Source: Pseudomonadota bacterium
Lineage (GTDB): Bacteria > Bdellovibrionota > Bdellovibrionia > Bdellovibrionales > SG-bin7
Length of the DNA: 64,000 nt
Direction: 5' to 3'
Assembly (NCBI GenBank): GCA_034439715.1
Contig: JAWXAY010000027.1
Span: 9,199-73,198, forward strand
In this document: one piece after another, positions 55,488 to 64,000 of the stretch
How the letters are laid out: each line of letters opens with the position of its first letter
Position numbering within the stretch: the first letter of the stretch is position 1
Position numbers and translations under genes: made by a program
Notes under the pieces: generated by a model
Databases searched by the model: none
Told to the model about the DNA's origin: nothing
What the model saw: the letters and a program-made list of their open reading frames with translations, nothing else

Positions 55488-55503
55488 GCCACACCCAGTT
55501 TCT

Positions 55504-56802
55504 CTATTTAGTCGTCTTAGTTGTCTTAGTCATCTTAGCCATTAATTTTGAAATTAAGTCTATAGTTCGATTTTCCTCAACGGGTCCTAATAACATAATA
55601 CCCATTTTTTCAGGATCCCAAAACTTCTGCACGTAATCATTAACTCGGCGAGGTTTTACTGCTTCAACCTCATCAATGATGTTTTCTATACTTCTATAAC
55701 TGCCAAAAAGCATTTCTCCCACCGCCAAAGAGCCCATTCGAAAATCATGCTCCTCGGCCGCCAAAAGTATTTGTCCACGTAATTGCGTCTTAGCCATTTC
55801 AATTTCTTTTTTACTAATTCCGTCTGTGCGCAGGCGATCAATTTGGTCGAACAAACAAGTCAGAAGTTTCTTGACCCGCTTTGGTTCGGTGCTGGAATAG
55901 ATAAACTCCACACCGGTATCAAATTGAGTGTGTTGATAGGTGTAGATGGAATACACTAGCGCCTGCTTTTCCCGAACCTCTTGATAGAGCCGAGAAGCCA
56001 TGCCCCCACCCACAATGGAACTAACGATGGCTCCTTCAATTCGCCATGGGTCTAAAAAATGTGGAGCCGGAAGTCCAAAAAGCACATGAACATGCTCCAA
56101 ATCCCTGTCTACGACTTTGGCAAATGGTATCAGACTAGAGACCATCGGTTTCTGCGTTTTTTCACCTTTGGGCAGTCCACCCAAGAGTGCATCAACTTTT
56201 TTAACTAGCTTGTCGTGATCGACGGCACCTATGGCAATTACGTACATGTTGTCGCCGACGTATCGTTTTCGGTAGTATTTAATTAGTTTGTCTCGCGTAA
56301 TCGACTTTAACGACTTCATGGTGCCGGTAATAGGTTGTCCAACGGCAAGATTCGGGTAGGCTTTCTCAAAAAACATATCAAAAATGTGTTCTTCGGGCGA
56401 ATCCTGACCCATTCTTAGCTCTTGGGTTACGACTTGTCTTTCTTTATCAAACTCTTCTTTTGGAAACTCAGCCCGATTTACCAGTTCACTCAACACGTCA
56501 AGGGCCAAGTCCATGTGCTCACCAAGACTTAAAGTATGAAAACAAGTATTTTCTCGAGAGGTAAAGGCATTGATGTCAGCACCTACGGCTTCGAGATTTG
56601 CCACAAGATTATAGGCTGAATATTTTTTTGTACCTTTAAAAACCATGTGTTCAATGAGATGTGCCATACCACTGAATTTTTTTTCTTCGTCGGAGCTGCC
56701 GGCATCGATCCAAATTGAAAGGGACAATACTTGTGATTGGGCGTGTGCCTCAGAAAGCACTCTGATCCCATTCGCAAGTATAGATTTGCGATACTTTACC
56801 AC
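55504..56802 (-). CDS. M16 family zinc peptidase
   Basis: HLIEHMVFKGT, NAFTSRE, SRLYQEVREK. Conserved position next to pnp. Confidence 0.92.
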   Translation of the reverse strand: MVKYRKSILANGIRVLSEAHAQSQVLSLSIWIDAGSSDEEKKFSGMAHLIEHMVFKGTKKYSAYNLVANLEAVGADINAFTSRENTCFHTLSLGEHMDLALDVLSELVNRAEFPKEEFDKERQVVTQELRMGQDSPEEHIFDMFFEKAYPNLAVGQPITGTMKSLKSITRDKLIKYYRKRYVGDNMYVIAIGAVDHDKLVKKVDALLGGLPKGEKTQKPMVSSLIPFAKVVDRDLEHVHVLFGLPAPHFLDPWRIEGAIVSSIVGGGMASRLYQEVREKQALVYSIYTYQHTQFDTGVEFIYSSTEPKRVKKLLTCLFDQIDRLRTDGISKKEIEMAKTQLRGQILLAAEEHDFRMGSLAVGEMLFGSYRSIENIIDEVEAVKPRRVNDYVQKFWDPEKMGIMLLGPVEENRTIDLISKLMAKMTKTTKTTK

Positions 56803-56821
56803 TTTGGCTCCGTTACCCCCA

Positions 56822-58921
56822 CTACTGTGTCTGAGTTAGGAGGACCTTCCGAGATAATTTAATTCGGCCAGAACGATCAATATCAAGTATTTTGACATCC
56901 AGCTGATCACCTTCACTCAAAACATCGTTAACATTTTGTACTCGTTCATGAGAAATTTCAGAAACGTGCAGCAACCCCTGAGTGTTTGGCAATACTTCAA
57001 TGAACGCACCAAAATCCATAATTTTGACTACGCGTCCACTATAGATTTTCCCTACTTCAGGCTCCTCACATATCGATCGAATGATGGCAATAGCACGCTT
57101 AGCGGCTTCGGGATCAATCGAGGCAACATGAATGGTTCCATCATCTTCGATGTCAATCTTAACACCCGTCTGCTCAATAATTCCACGAATGACTTTTCCT
57201 CCAGATCCAATAACTTCACGTACTTTCTCTGGTTTGATTTTTATGGTTTCAATTCTTGGAGCAAATTCAGAAAGATCATTGCGAGATTTACTCATCACCT
57301 TTTCCATTTCAGTCAGAATATGATGGCGACCTTCTTTGGCTTGAGCTAACGCTTTCTCCATAATTTCAAAAGTCAGGCTATCAATTTTAATATCCATCTG
57401 AAGTGACGTAATCCCTTCGCGAGTTCCGGCAACTTTAAAGTCCATATCACCAAGGTGATCCTCGTCGCCCAGAATATCTGTAAGAATAGCAACTTTACTG
57501 CCCTCTTTAATAAGCCCCATGGCGATACCCGCTACGTTTCCTATTACAGGTACACCCGCATCAAGAAGAGCCAGCATGCCGGAACAAACCGTACCCATTG
57601 AAGAAGAACCATTGGATTCAAAAACTTCACTCACGACCCTAATGGTGTAAGGAAATTTCTCAAAAGTTGGAAGGATCGCTTTAATGGCACGTTCCGCTAA
57701 AAATCCATGCCCTACTTCTCGACGACTTTGCCCGCCCATCCGGCCAGTTTCACCAACTGAATAAGGAGGAAAATTGTAATGAAGCATAAATTTCTTTTTA
57801 ACTTTGCCGTCAAGTGTATCAATCATCTGTTCGTCATCCTCAGTGCCTAGGGTGACGGTCCCAAGAACTTGGGTTTCTCCTCGAGTAAAAAGTCCCGAGC
57901 CATGGGCCCTGGGTAAAAGTGCCACTTCACATGCGATGGGACGCACCGTCGTGAGATTTCGACCGTCTATACGCGCGCCTTGATCCAAAATCATATCTCG
58001 TGACATGCGATACTTCGTGTCTTCAACAACAATTCCAACATCTTTTTTAATTTTAGAAAGAGTTTTGTCGTCTGTGACACCCTCTTTCATTTTGGCGAGA
58101 GCCAAATCAAGCGCTTCATCATACAAAGTATAACGCTGACCTTTATCTCGAGTTGTCAGAGCTGCACCGATCTTACTTTTGATTACATCTAAAACTTTTT
58201 GTTTAAATCCTGAGTCTACTTCATAGGGAGTGTACTCTCTTTTTGATTTTCCACAAAGTTCGCGCAGCTTTTCTTGAGCTGAAATGGCCTGTTTAATATT
58301 GTCATGCCCAAACTTTAAGGCTGCCAAAATATCAGCTTCAGAAATAAATTTAGTTTCGCCTTCAACCATCAAGAGACCATTCTTGGTTCCGGCAACAATC
58401 ATTTCAATATCTGATTTTTCTAATTGGGCCTTTGAAGGGTTAGCAACAAAGCGACCGTCTATTCTTCCGACTAAACAAGGCGCACTCGGACCATTGAAGG
58501 GAATGTCACTGATATGAATAGCCGCTGAAGCCCCTATGCTCGATAAGATATCTAAAGGAAAAGTGCTGTCACTGCTCAGTACCGTTGCCACGACCTGCGT
58601 GTCTTGAATATAGCCTTCAGGAAATAACGGTCGTAACGGGCGATCAATGAGGCGGCAGGTTAGAATGGCATCCATTGTCGGACGACCTTCCCGCTTAAAA
58701 TACCCACCGGGAATTTTGCCGGTCGCATAAAATTTTTCTTGGTACTCAACCATCAATGGAAAAAAATCTTTATCAGATTCTTTGTGGCTAGAAACAACTG
58801 TCACCAAAACAATGTTGCTTCCACAGGTTACGAGTACTGACCCATCAGATTGCTTTGCCAATCGTCCGGTTTCAATTTTTATTTCTCTCTCGCCGACAAC
58901 GGCTAAAACTTCGTGCTTCAT
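56822..58921 (-). CDS. pnp: Polyribonucleotide nucleotidyltransferase
   Basis: FKREGRP, RLIDRPLRP, HGSGLFTRGETQ, ESNGSSSM, GDMDFKVAG, KH and S1 domains. Confidence 0.98.
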   Translation of the reverse strand: MKHEVLAVVGEREIKIETGRLAKQSDGSVLVTCGSNIVLVTVVSSHKESDKDFFPLMVEYQEKFYATGKIPGGYFKREGRPTMDAILTCRLIDRPLRPLFPEGYIQDTQVVATVLSSDSTFPLDILSSIGASAAIHISDIPFNGPSAPCLVGRIDGRFVANPSKAQLEKSDIEMIVAGTKNGLLMVEGETKFISEADILAALKFGHDNIKQAISAQEKLRELCGKSKREYTPYEVDSGFKQKVLDVIKSKIGAALTTRDKGQRYTLYDEALDLALAKMKEGVTDDKTLSKIKKDVGIVVEDTKYRMSRDMILDQGARIDGRNLTTVRPIACEVALLPRAHGSGLFTRGETQVLGTVTLGTEDDEQMIDTLDGKVKKKFMLHYNFPPYSVGETGRMGGQSRREVGHGFLAERAIKAILPTFEKFPYTIRVVSEVFESNGSSSMGTVCSGMLALLDAGVPVIGNVAGIAMGLIKEGSKVAILTDILGDEDHLGDMDFKVAGTREGITSLQMDIKIDSLTFEIMEKALAQAKEGRHHILTEMEKVMSKSRNDLSEFAPRIETIKIKPEKVREVIGSGGKVIRGIIEQTGVKIDIEDDGTIHVASIDPEAAKRAIAIIRSICEEPEVGKIYSGRVVKIMDFGAFIEVLPNTQGLLHVSEISHERVQNVNDVLSEGDQLDVKILDIDRSGRIKLSRKVLLTQTQ

Positions 58922-58953
58922 TCTTACTCCTTTGAAATTTTCTTAAGACTTCA

Positions 58954-59223
58954 CTACCCGCGCAACTCAAGCTCTTTAACTAATATGTCAAAGCGAGTTT
59001 TGTCTTTGCGTTTTAAGTATTCCAAAAGAGATTTTCGTTGATTAACGAGGTCTCTCATCCCAATTCTTCCGTGAACATCAAGTTTGTGTTCTTTAAAATG
59101 TTCCGTTAAACCTAGAATTCGAAATGTCAAAAGCGCAACCTGTACTTCAGGGCTTCCCGTATCTAATTCAGACTTTTTGAATTTTTTTACAATTTCTTTC
59201 TTGTGTTCCTTTAGTAATGCCAT
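58954..59223 (-). CDS. rpsO: 30S ribosomal protein S15
   Basis: ATG at 59223 behind GGAGG. DTGSPEVQVALLT, HKLDVHGR. Confidence 0.96.
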   Translation of the reverse strand: MALLKEHKKEIVKKFKKSELDTGSPEVQVALLTFRILGLTEHFKEHKLDVHGRIGMRDLVNQRKSLLEYLKRKDKTRFDILVKELELRG

Positions 59224-59351
59224 GATACCTCCAAATAATTGTTTTTGAACTAGCCCCAAACAAAACGTTTGGCTTTCGTTTTGTAGAGCTTATAAGCCCG
59301 ACTAAATTAGCGAAAATAAAGGGTAAAAGTCAAGAGTCTTAAATTTTATTT

Positions 59352-60263
59352 TCAGTAATTAAAGACTCGCTTAATACGAACTTGATTGGCCTCATCTCTA
59401 GATAAAATCGAGATTAGCTTTCCGCTAGCCTGGCTTATGACCTTAATGTTGTTCCCTGCATTGTCCCCAAAAAGGTGGGCCGAGAGTGAAGAATGCAATT
59501 TGCCATTTCGCAATGACTTTTCTTCATCCAGATTAGCGATCAACAACTGCCAGCGGGGCACACATTCCGCTAAAGGTATAAATGAAGACACCTTTTTTAA
59601 ATCAAATTCCCTTCCCTTAAGTGCGTCTAAAGAATTCGCCTGATCAATCAAAAAGGGTTCAGACCAAGTTCGACGCAAGCTTAAAACCGTTGCACCGCAA
59701 CCCAAAAGTTTACCTAGCTGAGTGACCCAAGATCTCACATAGCTGCCCTTTGAACATCTCATCTTAAGTTTAATTTCTCCTTCGACTATTGACGCTATGG
59801 ACAGATCATAAAATCTCATGGGTCGAGGTTCGAGTTTCACAGTTTCTTGCTTACGAGCAAGCTCGTAAAGTTTTTTTCCTTTTATCTTGATGGCCGAATA
59901 CATTGGAGGAAGTAGGAGAATTTCTCCTGTTAAATTCAAAATGGCTGTAGTGATTTGCTCATTTGAAACTGTCACTGCACATTTACTTAGGACTTGGCCA
60001 GAAATATCTGCAGTATCAGTCTCTATACCTAGTTTTACACCAACCTCATAACCTTTATCACCACACAAAATGTAGTCTGACATTTTGGTGGCCTCACCCA
60101 ACAGTAAAACAAGAAGACCCGTGGCATCCGGATCTAAAGTCCCGGCATGACCTATTGCTTTGGTTTGAAAGATTCTTCGTGCGTAGGCCACAACATCATG
60201 ACTAGTGCAACCAGCTTCCTTATCTACTAAAACTACACCGTGATGCTCTTGGCGCTCGCTCAT
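59352..60263 (-). CDS. truB: tRNA pseudouridine(55) synthase
   Basis: GHAGTLDPDATGLL, PPMYSAIK..GKKLYELAR, CSKGSYVRS. Confidence 0.96.
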   Translation of the reverse strand: MSERQEHHGVVLVDKEAGCTSHDVVAYARRIFQTKAIGHAGTLDPDATGLLVLLLGEATKMSDYILCGDKGYEVGVKLGIETDTADISGQVLSKCAVTVSNEQITTAILNLTGEILLLPPMYSAIKIKGKKLYELARKQETVKLEPRPMRFYDLSIASIVEGEIKLKMRCSKGSYVRSWVTQLGKLLGCGATVLSLRRTWSEPFLIDQANSLDALKGREFDLKKVSSFIPLAECVPRWQLLIANLDEEKSLRNGKLHSSLSAHLFGDNAGNNIKVISQASGKLISILSRDEANQVRIKRVFNY

Positions 60264-60625
60264 TGATCTTGAGAAATCTCTTTGAGTCTATCAAAAATCT
60301 TATATGACTGATCAGGTAAAAACTGAATTCGTGGGCAAAACTTCATATTAAGTTGATGGGCCAAATGAGATTGAATATCACGAATATTTTCATTGAGCAG
60401 TTGGGTAACTTTTTCGCACTGAGAGGCACCGGGAGAAGATAGCGACTCCTGCCCTAAACAACTTACCAGCACTTTTGCATGGCGCAGGTCGGGACTAACT
60501 TTTACATCAGGAATAGAAATCATACTTGAAAGTTCAGTCTGATATTTAGAGATAAGGTGGAGTGACAAAATATCTCGTATTGATTTTTGAACTCGCAATA
60601 CTCGGCGATCTACTCCTGCGCTCAT
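60260..60625 (-). CDS. rbfA: Ribosome-binding factor A
   Basis: VKVSPDLRHAKVLVS, CPRIQFLPD. Lies between infB and truB. Confidence 0.9.
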   Translation of the reverse strand: MSAGVDRRVLRVQKSIRDILSLHLISKYQTELSSMISIPDVKVSPDLRHAKVLVSCLGQESLSSPGASQCEKVTQLLNENIRDIQSHLAHQLNMKFCPRIQFLPDQSYKIFDRLKEISQDQ

Positions 60626-60628
60626 GCC

Positions 60629-63460
60629 TTAAGCTCCCAGCTCTGATTTAATCTCTTCTTTGCTGTAGGCTTCGATGATATCGCCAACTTTAATGTCATT
60701 AAAGTTTTCGATACCGATACCGCATTCATATCCCTGTGCTACTTCACGAACATCATCTTTAAATCTCTTCAAGCTACCAATTTTGCCATCATAGACCACT
60801 CGGCCTTCACGCAACAAACGCACTTGGTGCGAGCGCGCCACTTTGCCATCCACTATGGAACAGCCAGCGATCACGCCCATCTTGGGCACAGTGAAAGTGT
60901 TTCTAACCTCAGCGCGACCCATTGTTTTTTCGACGACGGTTGGTGCCAATAGACCGGTCATCATGTTCTTCAAATCATCAGCCATTTCATAGATGATATT
61001 GTAAAACTTAACCTCAACCCCTTTATTTTTGGCTATTCTTTGGGCCGTGGTGTCTGGGCGCACATTAAATCCCACGATTATACCCTTAGCAGTTAAGGCC
61101 AATAGCACGTCCGACTCCGTGATTCCACCTACCGCCGAATGCACAATCTTAATTTTTACTTTTTCAGTATTTGTTTTCTGAATGAGATTTTTAATCGCCT
61201 CAAGGCTTCCCGTCATATCTGTTTTCAAAATCACGGGCAATTCCTTAACCTCAGCACTTTTCATCTGTAAAAACAGGGCTTCAATATCAAGTGGTGCTGT
61301 ATCGGCAATAGCTTTTTTCTCTCCCCGCTTACGGCGAAAGTCCGCCAACAGCTGGGCCGATTTTTCATCAACACAGGCCATAAACTTATCGCCGGCAGAA
61401 GGAGATCCATCCAATCCAATAATGTCCACTGGAACGCTGGGGCCTGCCTCTTTTATTATTTGTTTCTTATCATTTGCCATTTGACGAACGCGACCGGCGA
61501 TCTTTCCACAAACAATAATATCGCCCACCTTGAGCGTCCCCTCTTGAATAAGAACTGTTGCTACATTGCCACGACCCTTTTCCATACGGGCCTCAATGAC
61601 GGCACCTTTAGCTGAACGATCCGGGTTTGCTTTGAGATCTTCCATTTCGGCCACTAACCACAACTGCTCTAGCAATTCGTCAATCCCCTGCTTCTTAAGA
61701 GCCGACACCGGACAAAATATTGTCGTGCCTCCCCACTCTTCAGGTACCAATTGAAATTCAGTCAACTGACGCTTCAATTTATCCATATCAGCGCCCGGTT
61801 TATCAATTTTATTTACGGCCACAACGATCGGTACCTCAGCTGCTTTAGCATGATTAATCGCTTCTGCGGTTTGTGGCATCACTCCGTCGTCGGCTGCTAC
61901 TACTATCACCGCTATATCTGTGACATTGGCGCCACGAGCTCTCATTTCTGTAAAAGCTTCATGTCCAGGAGTATCGATGAAGGTCACGCCTTTACCGTCT
62001 TTTAACTCCACTCTATAGGCACCTACGTGTTGAGTAATTCCACCGGCTTCTTTTTCGGCGACATTGGCGCTTCTGATAGCATCGAGTAACGTAGTTTTCC
62101 CATGATCCACGTGACCCATTACCGTAACTACAGGAGCCTTTAGTATTGCCGCCATTTCTAAATTTCCGAACTCCGCATTCTTAATGAGTTCATCTTCGGT
62201 TAATACTACATTTTGCGCCTCAAAACCAAACTCCGGCACAATAAGAGAAACCGTATCAAAGTCTAGGACCTGATTTTCAGTAGCCATGACTCCGTTATTC
62301 ATCAGTGATTTAATGAGCTGACTAGATTTTACTCCCATTGACTGGGCCAAATCACCAACTGCAATTGTTTCAAATACCTTTACCTGCCTTTTTTTGGCAG
62401 AAGGTTTTGTGATTTCTGTTTTTTTTGCCTCACGATTTAAAGTGCCCTTTTTCTTTTTGGGCTGAAAAACCATTTCGCGTTTTCGAAATTCCGTCGATGA
62501 AAAACTTAATACCTCTTCACTTCCGGCACCTTTTTTACGAAGTGCTTTCTCCTGTCGCTCCTTAATTTCCTCTTCTGTCTCGGGCCTTGTTGCTACAAAT
62601 CCAGCTCGTACATTTCGTTGGGCACCAGATCTTGGCGTTCGTATTTCTTTCATGACCATCATGGACCGTTCGCCGCCGGGCCCTCCTGAGGGGCGCCCAG
62701 TACCTGCAGTCCCTCCGGTAGTCGGACGTGGAGTTCCTACGCCTGGGGGACGATAGGGAGCACCTGTGGTAGGCCCAGAACGTGGCGCGAATTGCCTTTG
62801 GGCTCCACTTCTCATTTGAGCTTCTTTTTCTCTGGCCTTAGTTAAATCCATCCTGCCAACAATATTTCGTCGAATTCCTCCAGGAGGCTGTGCTGGCACA
62901 TCAATTACTTTTTTGAGACGTGGGGCCATTCGAGTTTCGGCACTCTCAACGATTGCCTCTGGTACACTTGCAGCGGGTACGGCACTCACTGGGGCCGTGT
63001 CCGGACTTTCTTCGATCGTCGCTATCGGCTGAATTTCCTCAACTGTCGCGATTTCTAATTCTTCTGGAGGGACTATCGCCTCTTCAACAGGAACAACAAC
63101 AGGCTCTACCTTCTTTCGAAGCACAATTGAAGGTTTAGCGCTCGCTTCAATTTTACCCTTAGCTTTTGGCTTTGCAGATTCACTCGCCGCCGAAGATTTA
63201 CGGGCCGCCGTTTTTTTAGGAGCCCCTGCCTGCGCGCCTTCTTTAGCTGATGCTGCGGCTTTCTTTTTTACTGGCGCTTTTTTAGATTTTTTCGATTCTT
63301 TTTCAGCAGCTAGCTTGCCCTTGATTTGACTAATCAAATCGTCATCTAAAACTACCATATGACTTTTAATAGGTAACTTCCACTCTCGGATCTTATCCAT
63401 GAGGGCTAGTGTCTCTAGACCTATTTCTTTAGCGAACTCAAAAACTTTGATTTGACTCAA
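60629..63460 (-). CDS. infB: Translation initiation factor IF-2
   Basis: Probable TTG start at 63460 (SD AGGAG). [32 protein letters not shown]. Confidence 0.98.
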   Translation of the reverse strand: MSQIKVFEFAKEIGLETLALMDKIREWKLPIKSHMVVLDDDLISQIKGKLAAEKESKKSKKAPVKKKAAASAKEGAQAGAPKKTAARKSSAASESAKPKAKGKIEASAKPSIVLRKKVEPVVVPVEEAIVPPEELEIATVEEIQPIATIEESPDTAPVSAVPAASVPEAIVESAETRMAPRLKKVIDVPAQPPGGIRRNIVGRMDLTKAREKEAQMRSGAQRQFAPRSGPTTGAPYRPPGVGTPRPTTGGTAGTGRPSGGPGGERSMMVMKEIRTPRSGAQRNVRAGFVATRPETEEEIKERQEKALRKKGAGSEEVLSFSSTEFRKREMVFQPKKKKGTLNREAKKTEITKPSAKKRQVKVFETIAVGDLAQSMGVKSSQLIKSLMNNGVMATENQVLDFDTVSLIVPEFGFEAQNVVLTEDELIKNAEFGNLEMAAILKAPVVTVMGHVDHGKTTLLDAIRSANVAEKEAGGITQHVGAYRVELKDGKGVTFIDTPGHEAFTEMRARGANVTDIAVIVVAADDGVMPQTAEAINHAKAAEVPIVVAVNKIDKPGADMDKLKRQLTEFQLVPEEWGGTTIFCPVSALKKQGIDELLEQLWLVAEMEDLKANPDRSAKGAVIEARMEKGRGNVATVLIQEGTLKVGDIIVCGKIAGRVRQMANDKKQIIKEAGPSVPVDIIGLDGSPSAGDKFMACVDEKSAQLLADFRRKRGEKKAIADTAPLDIEALFLQMKSAEVKELPVILKTDMTGSLEAIKNLIQKTNTEKVKIKIVHSAVGGITESDVLLALTAKGIIVGFNVRPDTTAQRIAKNKGVEVKFYNIIYEMADDLKNMMTGLLAPTVVEKTMGRAEVRNTFTVPKMGVIAGCSIVDGKVARSHQVRLLREGRVVYDGKIGSLKRFKDDVREVAQGYECGIGIENFNDIKVGDIIEAYSKEEIKSELGA

Positions 63461-63482
63461 ATTTATCTCCTGGGGTGCAATA

Positions 63483-64000
63483 TTAATTTCCGCCTTTTTC
63501 TTCTGTGGTCTGGGTTTCTGCCATCGCAACCGTCTCTTCAGCTTTTAATTTAGCCATTTCTGCTTTAAGCATTTCATCTGCGTTAGCTTTAGCATGTGAG
63601 CCCATATCCACTTTGGTTTCAATCTTAACAGGGGCCTTGGGCACGCCACCTTCAGCTTCATATTTAACGTATATCTGCTTTGACTCATCAATAAGCTTCT
63701 GAGCCTTTTCAGGAGCATCATAACCAGGAATTGTCATAATATCTTCAACATTGGCGTCGGCGATAATTTGAAAAGAACCAAAGCCACTTTGAAAAATGTT
63801 TTGCGCCATGGTTTCGGTCATCCCGGGAATCAACATAATATTGAAAATAGATTCTGAAGTTCTTTGCGACGCTGCCGATTCTGCAAGAATGTCTATCTTC
63901 CAGCCCGTTAGCCGTGCCGCAAGCTTTACGTTTTGTCCGCGCTTTCCGATCGCCAAACTTAACTGGTGATCGGGCACAACAACTTCCATTTCTTTAGAAG
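63483..64000 (-). CDS. nusA: Transcription factor NusA (3' part)
   Basis: KH2 [26 protein letters not shown]. Directly upstream of infB. Confidence 0.95.
   Translation of the reverse strand, partial: SKEMEVVVPDHQLSLAIGKRGQNVKLAARLTGWKIDILAESAASQRTSESIFNIMLIPGMTETMAQNIFQSGFGSFQIIADANVEDIMTIPGYDAPEKAQKLIDESKQIYVKYEAEGGVPKAPVKIETKVDMGSHAKANADEMLKAEMAKLKAEETVAMAETQTTEEKGGN

Noticed and set aside
59224..59340. Possible S15 autoregulatory leader (weak hairpin near 59252-59274)
   Set aside because: Plausible by position, but the structure is too weak to call without a covariance model.
665..63702. Many short ORFs (60-137 aa) antisense to or nested in long genes
   Set aside because: They are shadows of well-supported genes, with no recognisable motifs.
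1..64000. CRISPR array, rRNA or IS transposase
   Set aside because: No regularly spaced repeat-spacer array, rRNA-like stretch or transposase motif was seen.

Overview
This window looks like a chromosomal segment from a Bdellovibrionota-type bacterium, inferred from [FY]x[NS]C-type lipoprotein signals, many sigma28-like promoters and gene content. 1-2981: CheY-HDOD-histidine kinase-CheY signalling operon. 2978-31365, all on the minus strand: a ~28 kb envelope island. It holds five modules, each pairing a Tat-exported DUF1552- or DUF1501-like protein with a CxxCH heme-binding DUF1588/1592-like partner (7 CxxCH proteins in total). It also holds PA14, lactonase-like, RCC1 and large Cys-rich lipoproteins, an outer-membrane barrel and a TPR/winged-helix regulator. 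A shared TGAG-N6-TGAG box lies exactly 25 bp from a TAnnnT -10 element at four sites. Two of those sites drive operons, and two sit in front of near-identical ~50-nt hairpins with CCCACCCACCC loops, which are candidate sibling sRNAs. 31584-42600: mixed accessory secreted genes ending in a frameshifted nrfA remnant. 42627-50094: a 7.5 kb element integrated in tRNA-Val(TAC), with a 54-bp att repeat, integrase, excisionase, DUF3987 protein carrying iterons, a TerS-like gene and a PD-(D/E)XK pair, so it is phage-satellite-like. 50265-64000: EEP phosphatase, a CheA-like/HATPase/STAS-like module, and core genes grxC, dut, M16 peptidase, pnp, rpsO, truB, rbfA, infB and nusA. All family assignments come from motif recognition by eye, not from database searches.
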